Below are positions 1 through 14,119 of a DNA stretch of 64,000 nucleotides, piece by piece. Position 1 is the first letter of the stretch, and each line of letters opens with the position of its first letter. Made by a program: the position numbers and the translations under genes. The notes beneath the pieces were generated by a model, which searched no databases, was not told where the DNA came from, and was given only the letters and a program-made list of their open reading frames with translations. The stretch covers positions 32,676,001-32,740,000 of the forward strand of contig NC_045697.1 in the NCBI RefSeq assembly GCF_009834535.1, in the 5' to 3' direction. The DNA is from Camelus ferus. Its lineage: Eukaryota.

Positions 1-1231
1 TTTAAAGATTCTTTTATATTCATATTTTAAATCCATCAGACATTTTAAAGTCCAACAGCATTTTAGTACTCCATAAAATGAGGCAGTGATACATTTGTAA
101 TATTAATTTATGATGTAGATATATTATAAAAACTTGCCTCATTTACATTTCCACATGGACTCTGTCTTGCTTCTAGACTTTATTTCAATTTATTATTCTG
201 ATTGTGTATCTTTGATGCTATAATAATTGTATTTTGATTATCATTCATATGGAATGTGTTTTAATGTTTGAAAAAACACTTCATAAATTTCAGTAACTAT
301 AGAATTGGAATTTTGTCTAATATAGGTATTCTACCATGTTAATTAAGGGAAAAATAAATAGGAATATCTTTGTTATTGATGTATAGTAAGTTTTACAGAT
401 ATATACTTTTACTGTATTTACTATATGACTTATAATTGCATTCTTCTGCCATTTTCCAATTTATTTTGCTTTTCCTCAATAACTTTTATAGTTTTTACCA
501 TAGGCAACTTATTTTTTTACTAGATATTTCATATATTGTTTATATTACACATTAAATTTTATTTCTATTGCACTTCAAACCAATTGCTAGTGACAAATAG
601 AAAAGCTATTTCATCTACAGTACTATGGCATAGAGAAAGGACTGTTTTCTGCCTTGTTATGCATTTCTCTCTATTAGCTCTTATCTCTCAGCAGTGCCCA
701 AGATTAGGACGCATTCCCATTGAAGAGTTCAATCTGGGACTTGAAATTCTCACTCTTCTTTTGAAACAGAAAGCAGAAGTACTATACAGAGAGAGTGAGA
801 CCAAACTGTAAAGTCAGATGTATGACTCAGTAATGGGAATCATTATTTTTTTTAATTTCAAGTGATACAAAAATACAAAGTATCAATATTTGTGTGTATA
901 TATGGAAGGATGTATGTGTGTGTGTTTCTGTGTGTGTATATGTGTGCAATATTGGGTATAAAAAATAAACAAACTGTCTTGCTAGTTGACCTTTCACATA
1001 TTCTTGTAGGTAATTTTCAGGGTTTCTGTAAATATTTCCTTATAAGGATTCAGACACTCAATAAATATTTATTGAATAAAAATAATAATGAAAAATAAAG
1101 TTTTATCTTTTTATAAGTTCCACATCATAATCAACAAATATTTATTGGTCTATTGAAGAAGAGTTTCTGTGATTTACATGAAGTAAGTCTAAAGAGTTGG
1201 CTGAATATATGCACTAAACAATGGAGCTTAA

Positions 1232-2065
1232 CATGAAAAAATGCTCAATATTGCTAATTAATTACCACAGAAATGCATATCAAAAGTACAATGAGGTTTC
1301 ATCGCACACTGGTCAGAATGGCCATCATTAAAAAGTCCACAGATGATTAATTCTGGAAAGGATGTGGAAGAAAGGGAACCCTCCTATACTGTTGGTAGGA
1401 ATGCAATTTGGTGCAGCCAGTGTGCAAAATAGTATAAAGATTTCTTAAAAAAACTAAAACTAGCCTTACTATATGATCCAGCAATCCCATCCATGGGCAT
1501 ATATCTGATGAAAGCTCTAACCTCAAAGTTCATAGCAGCACTATTTACAACAGCCAAGACATGGAAATAACCTAAATGTCCACTGATAAGATAACTGGAT
1601 ATAGAAGTCGTGGCACATATACACAACGAATACCACTCAGCCATAAAAAAGAATGAAATGCCATTTGCAGCAACATGGCTGGATCTGGAGACTGTCATAC
1701 TAAATGAAGATATCCAGAAAGAGAAAGACACATATCAAGTGATATAACTAATATGTGGAATATAAGAAATGATACAGATGAACTTATTTACAAAACAGAA
1801 ACAGACTCAAAGGCACAAAACAATTTATGGTTACCAAAGGGGAAAGGTGAGGGAGGGGTAAATTAGGAGTTTGGGATTAGCACATACAAACTACTGTATA
1901 TAAAACAGATAAACAACAAGGTCCTAGTGTATAACACAAGAGACCATATTCAATATTTTGTAATAACCTATAATGAAAAATAATATATACATGTATAACT
2001 GAATCACTATGCTGTATACCAGAAGCTAACACAACATTGCAAATCAACTATACTTCAATAAAAAA
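1232..2065 (+). mobile_element. L1 (LINE-1) 5'-truncated copy: end of ORF2 plus 3' UTR
   Basis: Typical L1 ORF2-end sequence (ggtcagaatggccatcattaaaaagtc; gatccagcaatccca; atgccatttgcagcaacatgg) followed by an artiodactyl-type 3' UTR ending in caataaaaaag. ORF 1384..1731(-) is its antisense translation. Confidence 0.9.
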
Positions 2066-5000
2066 GAACGATGTTACAAGATTATTAAACTTTTATTTAC
2101 TAATATTCCTTTATATAGATATTATAGAGGTAGACGATATCTCTCTGTATATCTATATAGATATTTAGACACATTATTATGTAATATCTAAAGTAGTTTT
2201 TCTTAAAGGAAATGTCAAAAAGATGATAGAAAATGATTACGGAATTTGGGTGTTTATTATGCCAAGGACTTGACTATTGTGAGAAACTCCAAAGCTGTAA
2301 TCCTATAAGTTCTGCTAAGGCACCAACTCAGCTTGTAAGGAGTTGGTGATGCAGCAGTCACCACTTAGCTAGTAAGTGAACGTACAGCAATGTGTTCTTC
2401 TAAATGCAAGACTCACTTCATATAAAGGATTTGTCTTTGGTGACTTTAGAAATTAGCATAATGAGGTAACTATTTGTATAGCTGCCATCTATGAAAATCA
2501 ACACACACACACAGAGCACACATGCATGGCAAAATCTGTTGTTATTAAGGTCCTCAGTAAAGATTATAATTTGTCTTAAATTATGAAATGAACTTTTCAC
2601 TTATTCTCAGTGCTATCTCCAATGATGCTTGTCAGTAAGAGTGTAGATATATTTAATCATACTGTGATAATGAGTATATGCCTGATTTTAATTACTAATT
2701 CTACTTGTCATGTATTTGGCATTATTTCCTGCAGCACACCATACTGTGAAGTACCTTCACACTGAGTTAATTCCTTCTATTCACATTAACATTGAAGAAT
2801 AGGAGCATATAATTTCATATAAGAACAGTAAGTACCAAATGCAAAAGAAAATTCCTTTCCCTTATATAGCTCTTTTAAATTAAATGATTTTCTAGTATTA
2901 AGTCAAACATCTGAAACTGCCTCAGAGAAACAGAGTTCAACAATGCTTTATCTGATACAATTATTTCACTCTCATGGACTTTTGTCCATAGCATATTTCT
3001 TGCTATAAATGTAAAATATTTTAATACATATATCCAGGGATTTAAATGCATACCAATGTTCTTAGGACTTATGAAATATCAAGCAATGAATGAAATATCA
3101 TCAAAATTAAATAATGTATTTATCTTTTTAACTGGCCACATAATATTTAGATTCATAAAATCAACAGGAGCATTATGGTCCTTCAATAATTTCTTATTTC
3201 AAACTACGGAAATAAAGCTTTAAGTCTTAGAGAGAGAAATATTTATTTGCTGAAAAATATTCTGTTTTTCTTTTCTCTCTCCCTGTGTCACTCCAGCTGA
3301 AGAGACAAATCCAACACATAATTCACCTTATGTTAAACTCTCCTTATCTTATTTTTATTGCCTCACTTATGACAAGGCTAGTCAAATATGTAATTAAATG
3401 TGGAGCTCTCATTTTTAAAATGAGGAAGAGACCACTAGAAAATATTATAGGTTTAATTAGAGTACATCATTGTTAAAGTTGTCTTTCTTCTATAAACATC
3501 TGTGGCACAACAACATAAGACTGGCTTGATATCTAGACTTTCATTCATTTTGAAAAGCCGACCCTAGATAAAAGTACCTCTTTTATACAAGTAAATGGGC
3601 TTTCTACTCTTTAAAAAATAATTCATCAGATAGAAATAATTTCAATTTTTAAAATTAGAATGCTCATATAAGACAATTATTTTCTTATCTGTTTACTATG
3701 ACTTCATACTTTCCTGGGAAGTCATCAGAAGGAAAGCCACAAGGATTTGTTATTATCAACAATTTGTTCTCATTGACTATGAAATGAAAATGTTCTTTAC
3801 AAATAAAATCTTTTCATGGGGTCATAAATCTATTATGTAGCATTTTTAGTAACAAAACTTTAAATATTATAAATGAATATGTCAAACCTCTCAATGAATC
3901 TTGATAATAAATAGGACTGTAGTTGGGGTGAGAGAGTTAGGCACTCACTTTAGGTATAGGATTTAGGGTATAGCAAATAACTCAATATTCAAGACAAATG
4001 TTTTAATGCCATAATTAAAAAAATACAATTTAATGCAAAAAATCAATGATAAGCAAAATATAAAGCTTTTAAATAAAGGACCTGACCTTGCATTTGCATA
4101 ACTCAGCTGCACCCTTTTTCCTGCCCTGCTAATAAAAATACACAGTTGCTGATTTAAAAAAAAAAAAAAACCCTTGATTAAATATAGTTGAAAATTTCAA
4201 TTTCTAAACAGTAAGTAACAAAGCCATGTTATTAAAAATAATGACAATTTGTGGCAATAAAAAGAAAAAAAAGTATTGCTGGTAATTTCATATGTATTAA
4301 ACATGAGGCTGGAAAAAATGGTTGTTCCAAAGAGAAATTAACTTTAAAAAGATTAAATGTAATAAAACTCACTGATTACTATCTTTTGCTTTCTCTCATT
4401 GGTTAGTCAAATAAAAAATAACAGTTTACATGTATGATTTCTTTGTTTATATTTTTAAATATACAGCTTATTTAAACCATGAATTTTTATACTGGACATA
4501 ATTTACTGTTCACTAATTTTTACATGGTTTACTCCTGTCTTGTGCTTCCCATGAAGAATCATAAATTTTCACTCTGAGAATCATCTGGAAATTTCAGCCA
4601 TGTACCAGTGAATAAGTAACCAAGAAATCTACTCAGATCACCTAGAGTAGCAGCCAATGTCACTCTAAACTTGGGGTAGGAGTTGGTGGAATTGCTTAAC
4701 ACAACCAAATAAGGAACATTTTGAAGATCTTCATTTCTAAAACATCGACTTTACCTGGATCTTTAAATCAAATTACCATCTATTTTTGTACTATTGCATA
4801 GTATATTTGTCCTTCTGATAAATTTCTACTGTTAGTTTAAAAACTTGAGTTACTTAAGTAAAACTGTGTTTACAACAGTTTAAAAGCACAAAGTAGCAGA
4901 TTTAGAAAATAAGAGGACTCAAATTAGGAATAATGCTAAATATGGCAATCTTATTTTAGTACAGAATTACTAAAGTAGAGTCCGTAATGAAAATCAGAGA

Positions 5001-5564
5001 TAGTAGAAATAACTTACCGAAAGTAGATGGTTGCTATAGTGACAAGATACATCCACTCTGGTGTTGATTGAAAGGAACATGTCTCAGAACTAGCACAGGC
5101 CACAGAGGATGGCTAGCTTTGGGAGTCTTTCTTTTCTCCAACTTTCCTGTCCTAGTAAAAGATGGAGAGATTGAAGGTCAGTGAGGGCATGAAGATACTA
5201 CAAATGAGACAATTCTTCTTAAGCCCGGCTAACATTAGCCAGAAGGTGACTGCAAAATTATGCAGTCCAAGTGATGGGCAAATAACCAAAATTTAAAAGT
5301 TGAGCTGAGATGGCAAATAGATTTTATCATTACTACTATCTTTAATTGATTTGGTGGTGGTGCTGGAAGTGGTAGTGCAGCGAGCTGCTCCGGACTCAGC
5401 ATAAAAGAATGCAGTGGTTAACAGACAAGCAACCGATTCCTGGAGACAAATTTGCAAATATTCCTGTTTGCTTTTGGAACGTGAGTTGCCATGAAAAACA
5501 CACAAAAATCTAAATGCTTTTCAATGAAGAGAACGAGCAAAATGGAAACAATGGTGTATTTGCA

Positions 5565-5752
5565 GATAATATTATATATAAAGTAGATGAACAACAGGTT
5601 TCTACCATATAGCACAGGGAACTACATTCAATATCTTGTGGTAGCCTACATGAAAAAGAATATGAGAAGGAATATATGTATTACTGAAACATTATGCTGT
5701 ACACAAGAAAGTGACACAATGCTGTAAACTGACTACACTTTAATTAAAAAAC
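5565..5752 (+). mobile_element. Short L1 3'-end fragment
   Basis: atatagcacagggaactacattcaatatcttgtgg...ttatgctgtacac...ctgactacactttaattaaaaa resembles the 3' termini of the L1 copies ending at 2065, 13714 and 45050. Confidence 0.85.
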
Positions 5753-6649
5753 AAGATTCTAAAACCCCAACTAAGGTAGTATTTATCTATAACCAGTGCT
5801 TTCCAGCCTGGAGCTATTAATATCCAAAATACCAGAATATAAAATCACAGACAAAACAAGAAAGGAATTTCTGATTTTATAATAAGTAAGAAAGCATTAA
5901 AAATTAGCTCAGTTGGACTACTTGGATTTTAGCTATAAAATCAATTGCTCCAATTTTCAGTGTATGCTTGTGAAAATATTTTTGAAAATTTTCCCTTTAT
6001 GTTCTCTATTAAGAATATATTTAGTAAATTGAATTAGTTTTAATCATTTAATTTAACTGGGAAGTTGACTTGTATCTGAGTCTGCTAAACCTGCTCATTA
6101 AAAGAAAGAACCAAATAACCTAAGTAAATGAGTAAACTTCTTTTACTAAGAACAAAAACAATTTCCAGGAGAATTTGGGGCTCTTAGCAGATGGGGCATG
6201 TTAGATGGCTTTGTTTATCAGGCTTTTCTATAGCAAGCATATTTATACTGAATTTGCAATAAATTTTTATTTAGAAAAATGATATAATAATGATTTTGAA
6301 ATACTGTCATATATCTTCAATAAAAGTAATGTAGAACTATAACATACAAAGAAGATAAATGCAGAGATTCTTGGTTGAATCAGGAAGGGAGGACTGGGTA
6401 CCTCAAATGCTCATTCTTTGGCCACCACTGCCCCCTCCCCACCACCATTTGCAGCAGCCTCTGAAAAGTGGTATTTTTGTGGTATCCCTTATGAAGAGAA
6501 TCATTGGAAACTAGTTTAGGCATGAGTTTTGACCAACCCTTTCTCTATACAAATGTCAGAGTAGTTTTTAATAACTAGAGATATTAAAATCCAACAGTAG
6601 CTTCTTTTTAACTTCAAAACAAATGAATGACAATTAAAACAAAAAGAAA

Positions 6650-7300
6650 AATAGGCTACTGTGTGGAGAACATATGGGCATGGGAATAACTCAGAGCAGA
6701 GAGACTTATTAAAGGCTAAACATTAACCCAAGAAAGAAGTGGTTGTGATCTAAATCATGATAGTAGCAATGTTGGGAGAGATGGGAATAGGAAAGTGGAT
6801 AGGTTCAAATCATAGAATTTTTTTGTAGGATTTTTTGGATTGTAGGATTCAGAAGATTAGAGGCTTAGAGTGCTTTAGTGGCTAGGGGAAAGATAAGGAG
6901 GGAGAAGTCAAGGTAAGAAGAGTAGATTTCTGGCTGAGCAGTAGAATGAGAGTAATACTATTCATAACACAATAAATTTAGGGAGAGTGACTTCAGTTTG
7001 ACACACGCTGAGTTTTCAAGGTCCCTGAGAACCTTTAAGGAGAAGAGGCTGGTAAGATGGATTTATATATCCACGAATCAGGAAAGAGCTGACTGGAGAC
7101 GTGTGTGTGAGCGTGCGTGCGTGCGTATGTATGGCTGACAAGTGGGGCAATGAACACTAATGAAATCAAGTGAATGTGAAGAGTAAGATTTGGAAGGAAA
7201 AGAAAGGGAGAAGGGAAAGAAAAATGATAGAAAGGGATCTACAGAAGAGCATTTTGCAAGGGGCATGGGAAGAGGAGTCCACCCAGAAGAATAAAATGAT
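6650..7300 (-). mobile_element. L2 LINE relic
   Basis: Purine-rich, diverged L2-like motifs (agtcaagg...gatttctggctgagcagtag...ttcagtttgacacacgctgagttt); boundaries approximate. Confidence 0.55.
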
Positions 7301-10300
7301 GGTCACAAAATATTTTCCTCTAGAACTTTTCTTATTTATGTAAATATCTTTTTAAAATTTCTGTTTTACTACTAGGTATCAAAAATCCCAAAGTCATAGC
7401 AATATTACTTACCTTTATGAACATTAAAAATAAAAGTATTTTGGATACTGAAGTATAGATTACTAGAAAGCTAGGGTTATATTTCTATTTCTAGATATTC
7501 TAGATTCAGAAATAATTTAACTGTTTTGATTTGTGAATGGGATTGGAAATTCTATTACATATTGGTTTTTGCTAATAAATTGTAAGTCAAAATCCAAAAT
7601 TATGACTGCCATAATAGAACAGAATCACGTAACTGCACTTTCATAAAGATAATTTAAAATGAGAAAAAAAAATAACTAATCTCAAAAAAAATCTGTCTTC
7701 CCAAAAACAACTTTTCTTGGAGAAAATCTGGAAATAAGTGAATTAAAATTTAAATTGTATACATCAAAGCAATTCTATATCATCAGACTTATACTTGGAG
7801 GAAAACTGATGACTGTTCACAAAGTTTTAAAGGGTAACAAGAAAGCAAAAAATATGACACAAGATTACAGAAACAATTTTTGCAGGGGAAAAAATGGGGG
7901 ATGTGAAAAAAAGAAATGTGAAAAACTCATAAAGTTTAGGTAATTTCTTTAAAAATTACTTTAAGTAAAATCGGCCTTAGGTGTCTGAGACATGGAGCAC
8001 CAGAATAGTGCTTCTCAGGCATCTGTCCTACATTCTTAAATCCTGTTCAAATGATCTCTCTACAACTATTATGAAAAATTAGAATTATTAAACCTATTTT
8101 ACAGGTTAGAAAACCAAGATTAATGGACATAAAAGTTACACAGGACGTAAATAATGCAGCGACAATTTGTACTTTGGTGTGTTAAATACAAAAGCTATGA
8201 TCTTTCCATTCTATGATGATGTTCTCCATCTAACAATGTTTTGCTAAAATAAAAATCTAACTATACATTCTCCTGCTTATATTAGCCTTTAATTTATTAT
8301 TTACTTTTTAAAGTTGTTATGGCATTATTTGTTTCTAGGTTTATATATATTGAACTAATTAAGCAAATTTGGGATAGTATCAATATTACATCAATAGAAA
8401 TAGTTTCTCCCATTTTGCATATAAGTGCTCAAAATATGTAGCTTAACAGAAGCTGAGGGCTGAGGTTAAGGAGAGGAAATACTATAACCCACAGCATGAC
8501 AGGGAAGGAGTTGGGCAAAATAACAAGTTCTGACTTTGCTGTCTCCCTATCTTCTGATAATCTGCCAAACAAACCCTTTGCTAAACCCAAACAGATGATC
8601 CTAATTTTCCAGTTCTTCGTGGCAGTTGGCATCAACAGGGCAGAGAGTAGAGAGAAGAAAGGTGGAAAATGGATCAGGAAGGGTTAAATGAAAAATATTC
8701 AACACAGCTGCTAATTGCAGGGATGTGATAGTCTGAATATTTTACTCACCTTGATGTCATTTCGTATAATCCACCAGAGAGCACCTCTTACATTATTTGA
8801 AAATAAGCTAGTTTTAGAAGCTTCTTTTATACATTATGCTTTAATTTACATAATACAATTAGTTCACTGATCACACTCTTACAGGCACTCTGAATTGCCA
8901 CAATGATCCTTCGTTTTCAAACATTTCTTGCATGTTTCTTTTAAATTTTGGCTGCATAATTTCCACTTAACCTCTGCACCCGTGTTGCTCTTTCAATTTC
9001 TATAACCAGCTCACTCGGTTTTCTCTTTTGAGTAATGTCCTGCCTATAATCCTGACTGGTTTTACTGACTTTTAATTATAAATTGTAACTTGTTCTGTAT
9101 TTTTCCCTTTCATCACATAAAAATTGTGAATACAGAACAAATATTTCAAGAGATAATTTTTCCACAAGTCACCTTTTTAGATAACTGGGATGAGATATGT
9201 TGATAGAAAATATTCCTCAAAAGACAAAATATTTAAATGAGATATCCATCACCCAGTAGTCAGTTGCACTTTTGTAATGTCCTTGGGGACATGCTAATGT
9301 CAGGTTAATACACACTTCCTCTTTGTAGAAATTTCAATATATAACTGTATATTATGTTTTCTTAACATATGTGTTATCTTATCTCAATACTTTGCAACGA
9401 GTACATTGAAAGTCAGAAATCCTATGTATATCATCCAGAATCATCAGCTAAAAATGACAAAATAGTAATTCCAGCCATGTTTACTGTCTCAATAGTTTGT
9501 ACACACTTCACTGTATACATATTTAAGGCATGTGTACACAGACTCTTACAACCTCACTTTTGGAGGATAATGTATTAGTAAGTCTTCCATTTTGGTATGA
9601 TAAGAAAGTCTTGAGTTTCTAAATATTTGTAAAAAGGAGCAACTGCTCTTGGAGAGAAAAATAGCAGGCATATATTTACCTTATCAGTCCTTTACAAGAA
9701 AATAATTGGAAAGCAGGGAGAGATATAATAGGTCACCTCAAAAAAGGACAGCATTTACAAGAGACCATGACATGATAAGAACAAGGATATTAGCTTGCAA
9801 CTATTGTCATCCATCATACTGGGAACACAAATAAGGATGAGATTTGGAAAAAGGATACATGTGGGCAAAGCTGAGTTTAAATTATAAGGGCTTACTAAAG
9901 ATTTACACTGTGTTTTTCTCAGGAAGTATTTTTTTTTCTCATTAAAAGCAATTTAAAAAATAACCTGACATCATAGGTAGGGCAAATGCAAATGACTCAG
10001 GTCTAGCAACAGAGGGCACACATCATTTCTGTAATCAAATGGAAATCTCATGAGCATTATGAAAGTAACCAGAGCAGCTGACTTTGAATTTTGCCAAAAA
10101 GACAGATGCTCTCAGAACAGCCCCTTCCACTGCTGGTGTCTGAATCTCAGTAGGACACTATTATCATGCTGTTCCATTTATATTTTATTATTTTACTCAT
10201 AGCCCCATTTTACTCAGAATATTGAAACTTTCATGGAAATTAAATGCCATGTGTTCACATTAGACTTTCACCAGCAGCTCTATTCTATGTAAAATATTCT

Positions 10301-10443
10301 AGTCTAAGAAGAATTTGACCCCAGTCTTGCTGAAAACATTTCCTCCTTAGTCATCTAAATGCCAATTTTTAAAAAAATTTAGCACTAATATTTTAAAAGA
10401 TAAAGGTCTGAGTTTTACATATATAAAATAAAATTATTTAAAC

Positions 10444-11067
10444 TGAAACTAATCAGGACCCTGCAGGGCCCTCTCAAGGACAGATCACTCCCTCTCATGT
10501 CCCCTACCTCTGGCTTTGGCCTCTTCAGCCTTCCCTGAGTTCCAAAGAGCAAATTTTATCAGAGAAGTGAGAAAATGCAAAAATAAAACAGTCAAGCAAG
10601 ACAAACTAATGATTGTTTAGCCATAAAACAAAGTCAAGCAACTTTAATTCCTCCTCAAGGGCTATGGATAATATCTTGAGCCATATCTTTCAGTTGTCTT
10701 GCTGTTATCATTCCTATCAGGTGGAGGAAGTTAACTGCATGCTGACCACCAGTATATAGACCCAAGACCAGTTGAGACCAGAAGGTTGGTAATCAGAATT
10801 GCCAAAACATCACCTTGTTACCTTACCATCAACCAATCAGAGAACTATTCATGAGCTGACCATGCACTCTGGGACCCTCTTCCTCATGCTGTCTTTAAAA
10901 ATCTTCCCTGAAAGCCATTGGGGAGTTAGGGTCTTTTGAGTACAAAATACCCATTCTCCTTGCTTGGCACCCTGGAATAAACACTGTACTTTCCTTCACC
11001 ACAACCTGATGTCAATAGAATGGCTTTGCTGCGTGTTGGGAATGGACCTAAGTTCAGTTCAGTAACC
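10444..11067 (+). mobile_element. ERV1-type solo LTR
   Basis: Starts TGAAAC and ends ...ttcagtaacc. Contains a CCAAT box (accaatcag), TATA-like tttaaaa and AATAAA at ~10976. Possible 4-bp TSD aaac/aagc. Confidence 0.75.
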
Positions 11068-11478
11068 AAGCCTGAAGTCATTAGAAGTTTTTACAAGTAA
11101 TGTAAAAAATATATCAGAAATACAGAGTCAGAAGTTATATTTTTCAAGGACAAATATTAAATCCTCTATTTGCCATGTGCAATGTACACTGACTGCTTCA
11201 AATTAGGACTAATTGTCTCCTAACACTTAAGGGGGAAATCCTAAATCATACCCTTTTATCAGGGATCCAGAAAGATTTAAACAGAGGAAAATTTTAGCCC
11301 AATTTTCTAAATTATGTGTATAAAATGCATTCATAGGTTTTATGTCATTTTTTAAATTGTTATTTCAAAATGCCATGAATTTGAAAGAACAGACATAATA
11401 ATAAAAAGTACAGGATTCTAAGCTCATAGTCAGGAAAATTAGAGTAATTCTCAGTTTCTGGGTTATAACAAGAGCACA

Positions 11479-13714
11479 TACAAAAATTTTCTCCCATTTC
11501 ATAGGTTGTCGTTTTGTTTTATTTATGGTTTCCTTTGCTATGCAGAAGCTTGTAAGTTTAATTAGGTCCCATTTGTTTATTTTTGCTTTCCTTTCTATTG
11601 CTTGGGTAGACTGTCCTAGGAGAATATTTCTGAGATGTATGTCAAATAATGTTCTGCCTGTATTTTCTTCTAGGAGGTTTATTGTATCTTGTCTTATGTT
11701 TAAGTCTTTGATCCATTTTGAGTTTATTTTTGTGTATGGTGTAAGGAAGTGTTCAGGCTTCAGTGCTTTACATGCTGCTGTCCAGTTTTCCCAACACCAT
11801 TTGCTGAAGAGACTGCCGTTATTCCATTGTATATTGTTGCCCCCTTTGTCGAAGATTAGTTGATCAAAAGTTTGTGGGTTCATTTCTGGGCTCTCTATTC
11901 TGTTCCATTGTTCCATATGTCTGTTTTTGTACCAATACCATGCTGTCTTGATAACCATAGCTCTACAGTATTGTCTGATGTCTGGGAGAGTTATTCCTCC
12001 AGCCTCTTTCTTTTTCTTCAGTAATGCTTTGGCAATTCTAGGTCTTTTGTGGTTCCAAATATATTTTACTATGATTTGTTCTAGTTCTGTGAAATATGTC
12101 CTGGGTAATTTGATAGGGATTGCATTAAATCTGTAGATTGACTGGGGCAGTGTGACCATTTTAACAATATTGATTCTTCTAATCCAAGAGCATGGAGTAT
12201 CTTTCCATTTTTTAAAGTCTTCTTTAATTTCCTTCATCAATGGTTTATAGTTTTCTGTGTATAATTCTTTCACCTCCTTGGTTAGATTTACTCCTAGGTA
12301 TTTTATTACTTTGGGTGCTATTTTAAAGGGGATTGTTTCTTTACTTTCTTTTTCTGTTGATTCATCGTTAGTATAAAGAAAAGCAACTGACTTTGAACGT
12401 TAATCTTGTAACCTGCTACCTTGCTGAATTCTTTGATCAGCTCTAGTAGTTTCTGTGTGGACCTTTTAGGGTTTTCTATATATAGTAACATGCCATTGGC
12501 ATACAGTGACACTTTTACCTCTTCTTTTCCAATTTGGATCCCTTTTATTTCTCTTTCTTGCCTGACTGTTGTGGCTAGGACTTCCAAGATACGTTAAATA
12601 GGAGTGGTGATAGTGGGTGGCCTTGTCTTGTCCCAGATTTTAGTGGGATGCTTTTGAGTTTTTCACTGTTGAGTACATCCTGGCTGTAGGTTTGCAAGTG
12701 AAATTGACAAAGGCTTAATCTCCAGAATATATAAGCAGCTCATACGACTTAATAAGAAACAACCAATCAACCCAATCCAAAAATGAGCAAAAGTCCTAAA
12801 CAAGCAATTCTCCAAGGAAGACATACTAATGATCAATAGGCATATAAAAAATGCTCAGTATCACTAATTATCAGAGAATTGCAAATCAAAACTACGACAA
12901 GGCATCACCTCACACCAGTCAGAATGGCCAACATTCAAAAGTCCACAAATGACAAATGCTGGAGAGGCTGTGGAGAAAGGGGAACCCTCCTACACTGCTG
13001 GTGGGGATGCAGTTTGGTGCAGCCACTTTGGAAAACAGTACAGAGATTCCTCAAAAGACTAGGAATAGACTTACCATATGACCCAGGAATCCTGCTCCTG
13101 GGCATATATCCAGATGGAACCCTACTTCAAAATGACACCTGCACCCCAATGTTCATAGCAGCACTATTTACAATAGCCAAGACATGGAAACAGCCTAAAT
13201 GTCCATTAACAGATGACGGGATAAAGAAGAGGTGGTACTATTTATACAATGGAATACCATTCAGCCATAAAAACTGACAACATAACGCTATTTGCAGCAA
13301 CATGGATGTTCCTGGAGAATGTCATTCTAAGAGAATAAGCCAGAAAGAGAAAAAAAAATACTGTATGAGATTGCTCATATGCAGAATCTAAAAAAACAAA
13401 ACAAAACAAAACAAAACCATAAATACAAAACAGACACAGACTCATAGACATAGAATACAAATTTGTGGTTGCCAAGTGGGTGTGGGGTAGGAAGGGACAA
13501 ACTGGGATTTCAAAATGTAGAATAGATAAACGAGATTATACTGTATAGCACAGAGAAACATACACAAGATATTGTGGTAACTCACAGTGAAAAAAATGTG
13601 ACAATGAATATATGTATCTTCATGTATAACTGAAAAATTATGCTGTACAGTGGAATTTGACACAACATTGTAAAATGACTATTACACAATAAAAAATGTT
13701 AAAAAAAAAAAAAA
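11479..13714. mobile_element. 5'-inverted (twin-primed) L1: antisense ORF2 piece 11479-12694 plus sense ORF2 end, 3' UTR and poly(A) 12691-13714
   Basis: ORFs 11365..12273(-) and 12318..12587(-) are L1 ORF2 (IPCSW-like, YANGMLLY for YADD). ORF 12879..13277(+) is the ORF2 C-terminus. Poly(A) at ~13701-13714; imperfect TSD aagagcaca (11470-11478) / aaaagcaca (13711-13719). Confidence 0.92.
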
Positions 13715-13837
13715 GCACACCGATCAACATAAAACAAAATTAAACAAATAAAAACACTGGCTTATTTGACACTGAAGTTTGTTCAGAATATCATACATGT
13801 TGCCCTGAAATTAATAGCCTTAAGAATGAGAAATACA

Positions 13838-14075
13838 GTATAATGTTTAAAATCATGGGTTTTGGAGCCAGAGTTTCAGACTCAAAATATGTGTCTGTGA
13901 TATAATAACTAGGTGACCTTTGCCAAGTTATGTAAATTATCTGTATCTCTTCATCTGCAAATCACGTATATTCACGTACATTTGTATGCATATCATACAC
14001 ATTATTGTGAAGATTAAATGAGTTAATCATGTAAAGTACTTAGAAACTATCTGGCACATAGTAAATTCCTCATAA
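13838..14075 (+). mobile_element. MIR SINE
   Basis: tttggagccaga...aggtgacctttgccaagtta...tcttcatctgcaaa...gtgaagattaaatgagttaat...ggcacatagtaa matches the MIR core and tail. Confidence 0.8.
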
Positions 14076-14119
14076 TTTTTTTCAAAGTTAATTTCAAGCT
14101 ACATAAGTGTAATATATAT

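Noticed and set aside
1058..1077. Palindrome tcaataaatatttattga
   Set aside because: Matches the common L2/MIR 3' terminus motif.
11365..12273. 302-aa ORF, the longest in the window
   Set aside because: It is an L1 ORF2 fragment reading out into flanking DNA, not a host gene.
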